A DNA stretch of 64,000 nucleotides from a virus, in IMG/VR virus record IMGVR_UViG_3300037486_000582, positions 1 through 64,000 of that record. One strand, 5' to 3'. Position numbers and translations under genes: made by a program. The notes under the pieces are model-generated. The model was not told where the DNA came from, made no database searches, and was given only the letters and a program-made list of their open reading frames with translations. Shown piece by piece: positions 19,055 through 29,386 of the stretch. Each line of letters begins with the position of its first letter. The first letter of the stretch is position 1.

Positions 19055-19759
19055 CTACACCGGAATGAGCCGACGGATGCCTTCCAGCACGGCGACCAGA
19101 GCAGCGACGGAGTCGGCCGCCTCCTGCACGCTCTCGCCAAGGTCGCCCATGCCTGGGATCTCAGGAGCGCCCGGCACCACGGAGAGGAACGAGTTGAGCA
19201 ACGCGATGATCGCGTCGACCGGCCCGCCGCTCGCCTTGACCCCGGCGAAGTAGGCGTCGAGCTGCTCCCGAGCGCAGGCGGCGGACTGACGCAGCACGTC
19301 CAAGTCCTCGCTCTCGGCGACCGCCTCGGCGTTAGCGATCCGCGCCTCTTGAGCAGCCATTCCGGACAGAAGGCTGCTGAGTCCGGAGAGATACGCCAAC
19401 AGGCAGTCGATGAGGTCCAAGGCCATCAGCGGAACGGACAGGACGGGGACCAGGGACGCGAGCCTGTCGACCTTCTCGATGAGCGTCTGGATGGCGTCTA
19501 CGAGCGCGGCCGGGTTGGCGATCATCTCAGGCACGGCCGTGATACAGTCCATAACCGCCTGAATGGCACCGACGATGTCGAAGATCGGCTGAAGGGGAGC
19601 CATCGCCGAGGACGCCTGGCCCATGAGCGCCCGGGCCAGTTCCAGTGGTTGCGCGTTCAAGCCTGGGTGCGTAGCCGTCACGCGCGCCCCGCCCGGGAAC
19701 CGCACAGACAGCCCCTGATCGTTGACGGGGATGACCGGACACTGGAACGGGGTCGTCAC
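19055..19759 (-). CDS. Hypothetical helical baseplate-region protein
   Basis: 234 aa; SD GGAGG; directly follows the spike gene. Confidence 0.65.
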   Translation of the reverse strand: MTTPFQCPVIPVNDQGLSVRFPGGARVTATHPGLNAQPLELARALMGQASSAMAPLQPIFDIVGAIQAVMDCITAVPEMIANPAALVDAIQTLIEKVDRLASLVPVLSVPLMALDLIDCLLAYLSGLSSLLSGMAAQEARIANAEAVAESEDLDVLRQSAACAREQLDAYFAGVKASGGPVDAIIALLNSFLSVVPGAPEIPGMGDLGESVQEAADSVAALVAVLEGIRRLIPV

Positions 19760-19768
19760 GCTGGCCTC

Positions 19769-20329
19769 CTAGATCGGCTGCCCGTTTGGCAGAACGGGCC
19801 GACCCATGATGGTCACGCCGACCGCGTCGATGTTGACCTGGCCGACCGAACGAATGGTCAGCGCCGAGGTCGCCGAGATGGTCATCGCCCTGGTCAGGCC
19901 GTCGTACTCGATGCCGTCGCCGCTGACCTTGTCCTGGAGGAGCAGCGCAGGCGTCTCCGCGCTGTCGTCGTAGACGATGAGCCACCGCTCCGTCTCGATG
20001 AGTTTGACCTTCGGGGCGTCGGCCGGCGACTTGCTGGTCACGCGGGAGTTGAGCTCGCTCTGTCCCGACGGTGCGTGCGGGTTGCCGGGCGCGTACTGAA
20101 GCTCGTCCACGTCGCCCTGGTGGAACCACACGCAGACCTCGGCCCCGACGTCCGGGACGTCGTAGCCGTGGGCCTGCCGAACTGGAAGCGCCCACCCGGA
20201 GTCGGGCTCGATGAGCCCCGGTACCCGGACGCGGACGCGACCGATCTTCATCGGGTCGTCGTTGGCGACGACAACTCCGCGGTGCATGGCCGTGTAGCGG
20301 AGGTCCCTGTTCCCGTCGTGCTCGTCCAT
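19769..20329 (-). CDS. Baseplate spike protein (gpV / Gp5 OB-fold)
   Basis: GVVVANDDPMKIGRVRVRVP, WALP and PDVGAEVCVWFHQGD motifs. Confidence 0.9.
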   Translation of the reverse strand: MDEHDGNRDLRYTAMHRGVVVANDDPMKIGRVRVRVPGLIEPDSGWALPVRQAHGYDVPDVGAEVCVWFHQGDVDELQYAPGNPHAPSGQSELNSRVTSKSPADAPKVKLIETERWLIVYDDSAETPALLLQDKVSGDGIEYDGLTRAMTISATSALTIRSVGQVNIDAVGVTIMGRPVLPNGQPI

Positions 20330-21786
20330 CAGTGTTGCTCCGCCCGCGGGGCTCGCCCGGTCGGCCGCTCGAACGTCGTCGTCTCGCGTCCTGTCTCGGG
20401 GTCGACCCGCGTGATCGTCTCGAGAGCAGCCGGCTCAGCGTCCGCCGCGCCCGCGCCACCCTGCCCGCCCGGGCCGCCGGTGCCCTCGGCGCCCGCTTCG
20501 CTTCCCGGAGCTTCCTGGTTGTTGGGTCGGCCCGGGTTCCGTTCCGGCGTCGAGAACAGCTCCAGGCCACTCGCCAGCTCGCTTCGCGTGCTGTGCCCGC
20601 CGGTCCCATCGGAGAGGACGGTCAGCTCCATCGTGTACCCGCTCGAGCCGAGCGTGTGCTTCACCTCCTTCACGTAGTACCTGATGGATAGCCGTCGGCC
20701 GAGGCCTTCAAGCTGGATGACGGTCTTGGCGAACTGCATCGGATCGCCGACCGCCTGGAAGGTAGCCTGGACCGCGGTGTGGCGGTGCCGCCGCGCCCGC
20801 CCGGCCGCTTCGCGCTGCGCAACCTGTGGGCTGCTCGTGCTGGTCGGGGCGGTGTCGCTCTGCGCGGTCGCTTCCTGGTGCGCCTCCCGCGACTGAGGAA
20901 GCTCACGCTCCTGACCGGACTCCGGGTCGATGAGCAGCACCAGCTCGTCCAGCCCAGTCAGCAACTGCTCGGCGACCGGCGCAAGGGCGGGCTCCGTTCG
21001 TTCGTTCGGCTGCTCTGTTCCCGTGCTGTCCCCAGTGATGTCTTCCCCGGCGACGGGGTTCCGGCCACGCTGGACGTTCCTCCGCGGCCGGGCGGTCAAG
21101 TCGTTCGTGATGTTGAACGACATGATCTCGCCCATGAACGGGTCGGTGTACCAGCGATAGACGCGGAGCGGCCGCTCGTCGAGTCGGCGCTGGTGGAAGT
21201 GGAAGCCGTCGAAGTCGACGTACCAGACGAAGCCCTCGGCGTCGGCGAGGCGGCGCACGAGCTGGGCGTCGGTCTGCCTTGCCTGCTGGATGCTCGGCAA
21301 GACGGCGCTCGTGTCCTCGATGTCGAGCTGCTCGTCCCGGAACCCGGCGCGAAGGGCGAGCTCGCGGACGACGTCGCTCCGACGGGCGTTCTCCCACCGA
21401 CCGGTCCTGACGATGCGGTTCATCAGGACGGCCTCGGCCTTCGCCTCGATGGTCAGTTGCTGGGCTCCGGTCACCTTCTGGATGACCATGCGCTGATCCG
21501 GACGCATCCGCGCCGGGTAGCCCCAACTCGCGATGATGACGTTCCCTTCCTTCCACACGGGGTCGTCGAAGTTGCGGAGGTCCCAGTTGTCCACCGTCAG
21601 CGAGAGCTTGTCCGCCTTGTCGTCGCTGTCCGTGAACTCGAAGGACAGCACACGAGCAGCCCCGCGGTCGTACAGCGGGCTGCCCGGGGTCTCTCCGTCT
21701 GCAACGGCAACGCGGTGCTCACCGCTCTCGGCTTCGACCGAGACGAAGAACTGAGGCTCGCTCCGCTGGAACGGGCGGAAGGTCAT
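20329..21786 (-). CDS. Baseplate hub / late control gpD-like protein
   Basis: QTDAQLVRRLA..EGF, GDP and YYVKEVKH motifs. Confidence 0.85.
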   Translation of the reverse strand: MTFRPFQRSEPQFFVSVEAESGEHRVAVADGETPGSPLYDRGAARVLSFEFTDSDDKADKLSLTVDNWDLRNFDDPVWKEGNVIIASWGYPARMRPDQRMVIQKVTGAQQLTIEAKAEAVLMNRIVRTGRWENARRSDVVRELALRAGFRDEQLDIEDTSAVLPSIQQARQTDAQLVRRLADAEGFVWYVDFDGFHFHQRRLDERPLRVYRWYTDPFMGEIMSFNITNDLTARPRRNVQRGRNPVAGEDITGDSTGTEQPNERTEPALAPVAEQLLTGLDELVLLIDPESGQERELPQSREAHQEATAQSDTAPTSTSSPQVAQREAAGRARRHRHTAVQATFQAVGDPMQFAKTVIQLEGLGRRLSIRYYVKEVKHTLGSSGYTMELTVLSDGTGGHSTRSELASGLELFSTPERNPGRPNNQEAPGSEAGAEGTGGPGGQGGAGAADAEPAALETITRVDPETGRETTTFERPTGRAPRAEQH

Positions 21787-22130
21787 CCGGTCAGCCTCCG
21801 CTTCTCACCGAACACCTCTCGCTCCACCGTCCGTCGGCTCGGGATGGCCAGGACTGACCCCTCGGTCAACTCCAAGGTCGGGTCGTGAACGCGCTGGGGC
21901 TGGTAGTCAGCGATGACCCACCACAGCCCACTCGGGCGCGGAAGCCCTCGGTAGTACCGAGCAGCAACGCTCTGCAGCGTGTCCCCGGCCCGAACGAGGT
22001 GCGTTCGGTTGTCCGAGAACTGCCGGAAGCCGAAGCACTCCCGGTCGGTGAGGAACCGCCGGTCGTCGTCCAGGTCGGACAGCGCCGTGGCCTCGCTGAA
22101 GGAGTGGCGTGACATGAAACGCGGTGGCAT
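21783..22130 (-). CDS. LysM / tail X-like baseplate protein
   Basis: HLVRAGDTLQSVAARYY...WWVIAD...LAIP. Confidence 0.85.
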   Translation of the reverse strand: MPPRFMSRHSFSEATALSDLDDDRRFLTDRECFGFRQFSDNRTHLVRAGDTLQSVAARYYRGLPRPSGLWWVIADYQPQRVHDPTLELTEGSVLAIPSRRTVEREVFGEKRRLTG

Positions 22131-22133
22131 GGC

Positions 22134-22700
22134 TCAGTCCTCCATCGTCCGCCGAATGCGCGCGTCCGGAGGAACGCCGATGTCCGGCCGCTCGCCAAGC
22201 CGAAGGCTCGTGTCGTCGAAGACGTCGTCACTGCCGATGCGGGTGTCGCGAATCTCCTCGCATTGTACGGTGGCCATGTAGGCGCGGGACCGCATGAACT
22301 TCGTGAACAAGGCGTGCGAGAACTTGACCGACATGATGACGCACGTCATCGCGATCATTCCTGGCCACACGACCAGCACCCTGGGCGGCCCGCCACTGGC
22401 CATGTCCTCGGCTCCGGACTTTGGGTACAGGAGGCTCTTGAGGAACCGCCGAGCGCGCTGAAGCGTCTCGACGTCCCCCCGGCTCTCGGCACGCCAGAAC
22501 AAGTTCAGGGGGAATGCCTCGTTCGTCGTGTTGCTGAACTGGAGGACCTCGTGCGACAGCCCGGGGACGGTCTGCTTCGCGTAGTTCGCGCTGACCGTCT
22601 CCTCGAGCGCGTCCGGATTGAACTGCGCCTCCAACGTGACGCCCGTGGACAGGTTCGTCAGCGTCACCTTCGGGGGCACCCATCTGTCGACGGTCGACAT
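22134..22700 (-). CDS. Tail tube initiator (CIS tube-like)
   Basis: Start moved to ATG 22700; AQFNP and PPRVLVVW motifs. Confidence 0.8.
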   Translation of the reverse strand: MSTVDRWVPPKVTLTNLSTGVTLEAQFNPDALEETVSANYAKQTVPGLSHEVLQFSNTTNEAFPLNLFWRAESRGDVETLQRARRFLKSLLYPKSGAEDMASGGPPRVLVVWPGMIAMTCVIMSVKFSHALFTKFMRSRAYMATVQCEEIRDTRIGSDDVFDDTSLRLGERPDIGVPPDARIRRTMED

Positions 22701-22701
22701 G

Positions 22702-25359
22702 TCAGTCCTCCGCGAACCCCGGCGTCGGGGCACCGGCTGCTGCTGCTCCGCCGCGGGCGGCTCGTGCCGTCGCCCGTGCCAGCACCTCCCCGTCCACGAT
22801 GAGCTGGATCGGGCGGTTCCCCTCCGTCTGGTCCCGCTGGCGTAGTGCGCCGAGGAAGGCTGCGTTCTGGGATTGCATCGCCTGTGCAGCTTGGAGCATG
22901 GCGTTCTGTCCGCCACGCGCTTCCGGGCTGGCGCTGATGGTCGCCATCGCCGTCGGGGCCGGCTCTGCTGCTCGCGGCGCGGTGGCCTTCGCCTGCCTGG
23001 ATGCCTGCGACTGCGCCTGGCCCACCACCTGCGGTGTCGGGATGGACGGAATCGTCGTGATTCCGAGTCCGTTCCGCATGAACGGCGGAAGGGCTTGGAC
23101 CAACGAATTGACGCCGGCGATCATCGCGTTGAGCATGTTGAAGAACTGCCCGCGCGCCCAGTTCCACGAGGCGACGAAGATGAGCGCCGGGTTCTGGATC
23201 ACGAACATCATCCGGTCCCATCCCGCGTTCAGCTCGTTGAACAGCTGGATGCACCAGGTAATGGCGTGGACGAAGGCAATGATCCATCCAAGCGCGATCC
23301 GCAGGCCGGTCGCGATGAGCGGAACGACGATCATCGCGAACTCGCGCCAAGGCGAGACGCCAGTTCGCCCGGCGGTACCCGCCTGCTCCGCGAGCCCGAG
23401 CGCCGTGGTGAGCGCGTTGCCGAGCTCTCGGAAGGCGTTGACGAGGTCGTACCACACCGGGGCAAGGACGGCCGCCGCGATCCGTCCGTAGTGAAGCAAC
23501 CCCTGGAAGAACTGAACGACGCCGCGGACCACATCGATGAGGACGACCAGAGGACGCACGACCCACCTGCCAATGGAGTCCCCCATGTCACGGAAGCCGC
23601 GGCTCGGCGTGCGCGCGAGCTTGCCCAAGGGTTCCGCTGCTCCCATGAGCATTCGCCCCAGCGTACGGAAGGCTTCGACGAGCGCGTTGATGGCCGGGCG
23701 TGCCCGGACGAACCCCTCGGTGATGCCCGTGCGAAAGCCGACCGTGAACTGCTGCACGCGATGGCCGATGCGGTAGAGCCAGATGATGAGCTTCCGCAGC
23801 GTCGGGCTTGCGTCCAGCGACCTGTCCATCGCTTCCGTGAGCCCGCCGCGGGTGAACAGCATCCGGAGTCCGTCGATGCCGAGAGAGACCTGGCGAACGA
23901 AGTCGGTCCAGACGGCGCGGATGTTCCCGATGTTCCGTTGGAACAGCTGGAACAGCCCGTAGAAGGCGGCGGTGGCGGCAAGCGCCCCGGCGATCATCGG
24001 TGCCATGACGGCGACGAGGACGCCAATGACGCCCGCGAGCGTTTCGATGAACGGGATGACCAACGCGATGAGCAGCCCGAGCGTGGCAATCGCTCCGCCG
24101 CCCGTCAGGAGCCCGCCGAACGCGACGATCATCGTAGCCACACCGGTCTTCACGGCGTCGGGCATCGTGTTGAAGACCATGATCCATGCGTTGACGAACG
24201 CGACCACCAGCGAGACGAGCGGAGAGAAGACCCGGGCGAGCGGCTCGCCCATGACCACGGCGAGGGTGGCCATGGACCCACGGAGCAACGTGTTCTGACC
24301 GGCGAACGTGTTGAGCATCCTGTCCCGAAACTGGCCCGCCGCCCCGGCTGCGTTCTCCATCTGCTGGCGCAGCATGGTCACGGCTTCGCCGTTGCGGCGA
24401 ATGGCCCCGGTCGAGTCTCGGATGCCGGCCGCCAGCTGCGTCGAGATGCCCTGGAAGGCGGTCGTGCCGTACCTCCCGAACAGCTCCGTCGCCGCCGACG
24501 CGCGCTCCGCCTCCGACGTGTACCGCGTTCCGAGCGCCGTCTGCGTTTCCATGACGATGTCGAGGAACGGACGGAAGCGCCCCTGTGCGTCGGTCACGCT
24601 GACGCCCAGCTCCTGGAACGCCTCTCGGTTGTTCGCCATCTCCGTGAGAGCAGCGGACACCGACGACGACGCGACGGAGGCCTCGACGCCCGTGTTCCGC
24701 ACGAGTCCGATGGCCGGGAGCATCTCGTTGAGGCTCTGGTGTGCGAGCCCGGCGCCGCGGGAGATGTTGCCGAGAGCGAGTCCGAGGTCGGACGCCTGAA
24801 GTGCGGTGGAGTTCGAGATGGCCAGCAACCTGTCGGTGACCGACGCGGCTTCGGAGGCATCGAGCGAGAAGACGCGCATCGCTGCTCCGAGCGTGCCGGA
24901 CGCTTCTTCGACGGAGATCGCCCCGCCGGCCGCTAGGTCGAGCGCTCCGCCGAGCGCGCTCATCGACTCCTGTGCCGTGTAGCCGAGGGTGGCCAGGTTG
25001 AACAGACCTTCGACTGCCTGGTCCGGGGTGAACTGCGTGGCGATACCCGCCTCGATTGCGCGGTTCCGTAGCTGAGCGAGTTCTTCGGCCGTTGCATTCG
25101 ACGCGCCGGCGACGCGCGAGATGCCCTGTGAGAAGGCGGCACTGGACTGCGCCATGTCCCAAGCACCGCGGAGCAGCCCGAGCCCGGACACCATCGTCGC
25201 AGTGCTGGCGCCGACGGCGACCATCCCCACCTGCATGACCCGGCTCGCCATCCGCGCCCGAGCAGCCTGCCGGTCGAACGCGGTGCCAACCCTGGCCATG
25301 GTCGCCGACGCTTGGTCGCGTGCGGTGAAGATGAAGCCGAGTCCGAGGTTGTTCAGCAT
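22702..25359 (-). CDS. Tail tape measure protein (TP901-type core)
   Basis: 885 aa, Ala-rich and helical; ATQFTPDQAVEG and ALDLAA motifs; TM-like segments. Confidence 0.9.
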   Translation of the reverse strand: MLNNLGLGFIFTARDQASATMARVGTAFDRQAARARMASRVMQVGMVAVGASTATMVSGLGLLRGAWDMAQSSAAFSQGISRVAGASNATAEELAQLRNRAIEAGIATQFTPDQAVEGLFNLATLGYTAQESMSALGGALDLAAGGAISVEEASGTLGAAMRVFSLDASEAASVTDRLLAISNSTALQASDLGLALGNISRGAGLAHQSLNEMLPAIGLVRNTGVEASVASSSVSAALTEMANNREAFQELGVSVTDAQGRFRPFLDIVMETQTALGTRYTSEAERASAATELFGRYGTTAFQGISTQLAAGIRDSTGAIRRNGEAVTMLRQQMENAAGAAGQFRDRMLNTFAGQNTLLRGSMATLAVVMGEPLARVFSPLVSLVVAFVNAWIMVFNTMPDAVKTGVATMIVAFGGLLTGGGAIATLGLLIALVIPFIETLAGVIGVLVAVMAPMIAGALAATAAFYGLFQLFQRNIGNIRAVWTDFVRQVSLGIDGLRMLFTRGGLTEAMDRSLDASPTLRKLIIWLYRIGHRVQQFTVGFRTGITEGFVRARPAINALVEAFRTLGRMLMGAAEPLGKLARTPSRGFRDMGDSIGRWVVRPLVVLIDVVRGVVQFFQGLLHYGRIAAAVLAPVWYDLVNAFRELGNALTTALGLAEQAGTAGRTGVSPWREFAMIVVPLIATGLRIALGWIIAFVHAITWCIQLFNELNAGWDRMMFVIQNPALIFVASWNWARGQFFNMLNAMIAGVNSLVQALPPFMRNGLGITTIPSIPTPQVVGQAQSQASRQAKATAPRAAEPAPTAMATISASPEARGGQNAMLQAAQAMQSQNAAFLGALRQRDQTEGNRPIQLIVDGEVLARATARAARGGAAAAGAPTPGFAED

Positions 25360-25541
25360 GGCCTCTCCTCACGCCCGGCCCGCCTTGGCCTCTGGCGCGT
25401 CGCCAGAGGCTCGCTTTCCAGGGACGGCCCACCGGCCCGAGGGCCAGCCTCCGGCCCGCTGCGCACGAAGGCTGACGTCGCCCCGCCCCGGCGCTCGGTC
25501 AGTGGCTCGAACGTCTGCCCAGGGTACGTCACCTGGTCAGT

Positions 25542-25883
25542 CTACCGCTTCTTGGATGCCCGCTCCACAGCCCGGCGCTCGGCTGCTCGCTGTTCTTCCA
25601 GCCACTCGACGTGGGAGATCGCCTCGCCCATCCCCATCCGCAGGAAGTCGGCATGGGTGAACATGAAGCCGCCGCCGCCATCCGGGTGGTAGCAGAGCGC
25701 CCGACACAGGGCGCGCAGCTCCTCCTCCGTGATGAGCGGGAACAGACCCCAGAAGACCCCGGGCGCAGCCGCTACGACTTCGCCTTCTCCACGGCCGCCC
25801 GCCCGCCCGTCCCGGACTCCATCCGCTTCCTCCGCCGCGGAGTCGCCTTCTTGGGAGCGAACATCCGCGAGAGGTCCAAAGGG
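25542..25883 (-). CDS. Probable -1 frameshift extension of the tail assembly chaperone (GT-like product)
   Basis: Coding-like segment GLFPLITEEELRAL...WLEEQR has no start codon of its own and is in the -1 frame; slippery C CCT TTG at 25883..25877. Confidence 0.5.
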   Translation of the reverse strand, partial: PFGPLADVRSQEGDSAAEEADGVRDGRAGGRGEGEVVAAAPGVFWGLFPLITEEELRALCRALCYHPDGGGGFMFTHADFLRMGMGEAISHVEWLEEQRAAERRAVERASKKR

Positions 25884-26569
25884 AGGTCGACCTCCCACTC
25901 GACTGTGCAGCTTGGGCAGTAAACGTCGAAGCCGGTGTCGATCCCGCCGTCGTGAGCGTCCATCGCGTCCACGAGCGTCTGGACGTCGCCCATGCTCATG
26001 TCCGAGAACCACGCACCGAGCGCCTTCGGGTCGACCCCGGACACGTCGAGGACGCGCTGGCGGAGCATGGCGACGACCAGGTCGCCCTCTCCCAGCCTGA
26101 CCTCCTTGACGGCCTTCACCTGGTCAGCCCCGTTCGCCAGCTTGAACCCGACTACCGTGCCGCCGGGGAGCACACACTCGAATCGGTTCCTCCCGGCGGC
26201 GATGGCAGCCCGGCTCGTGTCGGGAAGCCGGCGGAAAGGCAGCTCGAGCAGCGGCAAGTCCCACACGAAGCGGTGGCCGCACTCCGGGCACCGAAGCTCC
26301 AGCTCCTCCGTCTCGCCGTAGGTGGCGATGCGGATCATGAGCAGCGCCCAGATGCGGTCGCAGACCAGGACGTTCGACCATTCCGGGCCGGTCGCGGCGA
26401 AGTGGTAGGGACCGGCCTCGCTCGTCTCGGTCCAGCACCGTTGAAGGATGCGGTCGGCGGCACGGCCGCTCCTGACCGCCCGACCATCGGCAAGAACTCC
26501 GGCGTCCTCGGCGCGAAGGTGTGTGACCCGGCCGGAGAGCCCGGACGGGCATTCGCAGAGTCGTTCCAT
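25772..26569 (-). CDS. Tail assembly chaperone / T4 gp26-like protein
   Basis: DRIWALLMIRIATYG and two CxxC motifs; between tube and tape measure genes. Confidence 0.8.
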   Translation of the reverse strand: MERLCECPSGLSGRVTHLRAEDAGVLADGRAVRSGRAADRILQRCWTETSEAGPYHFAATGPEWSNVLVCDRIWALLMIRIATYGETEELELRCPECGHRFVWDLPLLELPFRRLPDTSRAAIAAGRNRFECVLPGGTVVGFKLANGADQVKAVKEVRLGEGDLVVAMLRQRVLDVSGVDPKALGAWFSDMSMGDVQTLVDAMDAHDGGIDTGFDVYCPSCTVEWEVDLPLDLSRMFAPKKATPRRRKRMESGTGGRAAVEKAKS

Positions 26570-26649
26570 CGTGTCCTTCCCCTTGCTACGCGGGCTCTAC
26601 CCGCGCAGCCGAGGGTAGCACAGGGAACGCTGGAGGTGGAAGTTCGGCC

Positions 26650-27126
26650 CTACGCCTGGATGAGCTCCGGGAAGTCGTAGACCAGCACGCAGGTTTCGAT
26701 GACGTTCTCGTCCGCCTCGTTATCCCACGCGCCCGCGACGAACCGTTTGATCCATGCGTTGTGCAGACGCCAGCGCCGGAGGACGGTGTTGTCCCGGTCG
26801 TACTGGACCACGTCGATCATCCGCTTGTAGCGGGCGTCGACCTCCCCGCCGTTCGCCGCGATGTTGGCCACCTGGAGCAGCCAGTCGTACAGGTCGCGGT
26901 CCATCGTCGCGCCGCGTTCCAGCGTCACGTCATCGACGGTCGCCAGCCCCGGCGACTTGTCGGGGATGAGCACGCCGCCCTCGCGGTGTTCGACCGTCGC
27001 CAGCTCGATCGCGATATCGCTGCACGTGCGGAACGCTGCGCTCCCGAGCCCGTCCACCTCCACGCGGAACTTGAACCGCTTGTGGAAGGAACGGGGCGTG
27101 CCGATGATCCCTGGGATCGCTGCCAT
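26650..27126 (-). CDS. Tail tube protein (T4 gp19-like)
   Basis: FKFRVEVDG, HREGG, KSPG, VTLERG and RWRLHNAWI motifs. Confidence 0.95.
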   Translation of the reverse strand: MAAIPGIIGTPRSFHKRFKFRVEVDGLGSAAFRTCSDIAIELATVEHREGGVLIPDKSPGLATVDDVTLERGATMDRDLYDWLLQVANIAANGGEVDARYKRMIDVVQYDRDNTVLRRWRLHNAWIKRFVAGAWDNEADENVIETCVLVYDFPELIQA

Positions 27127-27143
27127 AGTTCAGCCTCCTCGAG

Positions 27144-29384
27144 CTACGCGCCCGCCGCCTGCAGCTCCGTCTCCAGCTCCCGGGTGTCCTGGGAGAACCG
27201 AAGGATGACGAAGTCCACGGGCTTGTTCGTGGCCAACCCGATCCGCGCGTGCAGCTTGCGCGCAAACTGCTCGCTCGGCGGGTTGATGCCGTCGCCCACG
27301 TCCACGAAGAAGGACGTCGCCGGGGTCGCGCCTCGGAACGCGCCCTGCTTGAACTGAATGAGCAGGAACGCCGTGATGGCGCGGTCCACGCGACGACGAA
27401 GCTCCGCCGTGTTGTTGGAGTGGCGCGCGAACTGGAGCCCGCCCTTCAGGGACTGCTGGATGTAGATGACGCCTCGCCGCTCGGCGACGCTCGGGAAGTT
27501 GCTGTCCCCGCGCAGCGTCTTCGTGCCGTCGATGAAGAGGGGCAGGCCGGGTCCCGTCGTGAGCGGGTTGATGCGCTTCGGGTACACGATGTCCCGCACC
27601 GCCTCCTGCTTCACGGTGTCCGTCTCGAACCCGACGACCCCGCGCAGAACTCCGCGTTCGACGCCAGCCGGCGGCTGGTAGATGCCGCCCGGGCGGCTGC
27701 CGTCGGTCCGGGCGAAGACGCCCGCGATGTGCCCGGAAGGCGGGACCACGATGCTGTCCACGTCGCCGAAGACGGGCACGCTCGGGTTGACGACCTTGAT
27801 CTGCGGCCAGTAGATGGCCGCGTACTCCGTCAGGTTGAGCAGCCCGGCCGTGACCTCGACGTAGTCGACGATCTCGTCCCTGTCCAGCCCTGCCGGCGGG
27901 TCGATGATGGCGAACGCCTGGCCGTCCCGCGTGTCCTCGCAGTACGTGACCATGGCGTTGTGGACGGCGGAGGTGGGCTGGTCCGGGATCGCGAGCAGCG
28001 CGAGGTCCAACGACTGGTCGAGCACGCGCAGCCCGGTCGGCCCGGCGCTCGACCCGATGAAGTCGTTGTCCACGAGCCCGACCAGGCCATCGTTCCCACC
28101 GACGAGGCTGGAGTACGTGCCGTTCGCCGGCCGCCGCTCGGTCGGGGTACCGCCCGCGCTCTCGTCGGTGACGGCGAGGAGCAGGCTGCCCGTGTTCACG
28201 TTGTTGAGCAACGTCTCGACGTACCGCTCTCCGGCCGTGTCCATCGTCAGGTTCGGCCAGACCTCCACGACGACCCCGGCGTCGAGGAGCTTCAGGTTGA
28301 ACTCCGACACCACGCCGCTCGTCGCCGCCGCGATGACGACCGAGAGGTCGTCCGTGTACGTGCCGTCGTACTTCCCGGTCACGGTCAGCGTGTCCTGAGC
28401 AGCCCCGCTCGTGCCCGAGTGGGTGGCGTTGTCGAGCCCGAGCTCGTCGTCCGCCGTGGACGCCGCGGTCACGGCGACGGAGAACGAAGCACCTGCCGTG
28501 TTCCGCGTGATGCGCGCCGCCCCGCCGTCGTTCGTGACGGTGACGCCGACCACCGCAGCCTCGACGATTGTCTTCACCTCGGCGACGGCCACCGCGTTGA
28601 TGTCGGCGACGTTGCCCGTGCCGGTGGCCGACAGGCCGGTGAAGCCGAGCGCCGCGCAGGCCGTCCCGCCAAACGTGTCGAGGTCGGAGTCGGTGCCGTA
28701 GGTGTCGCTCTTGATGACGACCGCTCCGGCGACCGCTGTGACCTCGACGCCCGTGCACTCCGCGTTGATGACCGCAGCGACCTCGGCTGCCGTGGCCGCC
28801 GCGATGTTGACGAACTCGGCCGTGTTGAAGATGGCCGTCCTGATCGCCCCGCTGTCGACGCGGAAGGTGAGCGCCTGTCCGTCGACCAGCGCGAACGGTT
28901 GCGTTGACGCCCCGGTCACGCTCGCCTGCGTGGCGTTGAACGTGGCGGTCAGCGGCCCGGCTCCGTCCACGGACACGAGCAACGTGTCGCCCGGCGCCAG
29001 GTCGAACGGGCCGACGACCGTTCCCAGCACGGTTCCCTGCGTCGGAGCCCCGGCCGCTGTCTGGATCGTCTCCTCGCCGGCCGCCGAGGTCTTGCTCGCT
29101 GGGGTGTTGATGTCCGTGTAGTGGACGGTCCGCACGAAGTCGAGCACCTGCCCTCCGTTCAGGTAGAACCCCTGGACGGAGTGGTAGGCATCGCCGTTGG
29201 CGATGGCGCCACCGAACACGTCGAACCACTCGTTGAAGCTCGTGCTTCGCACGCGCTCGCCGACCGGCCCGCGCTCGGTGATGCCGACCATCCCGAGGAC
29301 GTTCGTCGGGACGCCCTGAATCTGAGGAACGCGAGCTTCTTCCTCGACGATGATGACCTTGCTCGCGAGCAGCTCCTTGCTCAT
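27144..29384 (-). CDS. Tail sheath protein
   Basis: GITERGP, FAIIDPP, AAIYWP, VPPSGHIAG, RINPL and VAERR motifs. Confidence 0.95.
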   Translation of the reverse strand: MSKELLASKVIIVEEEARVPQIQGVPTNVLGMVGITERGPVGERVRSTSFNEWFDVFGGAIANGDAYHSVQGFYLNGGQVLDFVRTVHYTDINTPASKTSAAGEETIQTAAGAPTQGTVLGTVVGPFDLAPGDTLLVSVDGAGPLTATFNATQASVTGASTQPFALVDGQALTFRVDSGAIRTAIFNTAEFVNIAAATAAEVAAVINAECTGVEVTAVAGAVVIKSDTYGTDSDLDTFGGTACAALGFTGLSATGTGNVADINAVAVAEVKTIVEAAVVGVTVTNDGGAARITRNTAGASFSVAVTAASTADDELGLDNATHSGTSGAAQDTLTVTGKYDGTYTDDLSVVIAAATSGVVSEFNLKLLDAGVVVEVWPNLTMDTAGERYVETLLNNVNTGSLLLAVTDESAGGTPTERRPANGTYSSLVGGNDGLVGLVDNDFIGSSAGPTGLRVLDQSLDLALLAIPDQPTSAVHNAMVTYCEDTRDGQAFAIIDPPAGLDRDEIVDYVEVTAGLLNLTEYAAIYWPQIKVVNPSVPVFGDVDSIVVPPSGHIAGVFARTDGSRPGGIYQPPAGVERGVLRGVVGFETDTVKQEAVRDIVYPKRINPLTTGPGLPLFIDGTKTLRGDSNFPSVAERRGVIYIQQSLKGGLQFARHSNNTAELRRRVDRAITAFLLIQFKQGAFRGATPATSFFVDVGDGINPPSEQFARKLHARIGLATNKPVDFVILRFSQDTRELETELQAAGA

Positions 29385-29386
29385 GG

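Noticed and set aside
12980-29384. Interpretation as a stand-alone extracellular contractile injection system or tailocin
   Set aside because: Terminase, portal, protease, capsid and neck genes are in the same operon, so this is a DNA-packaging phage
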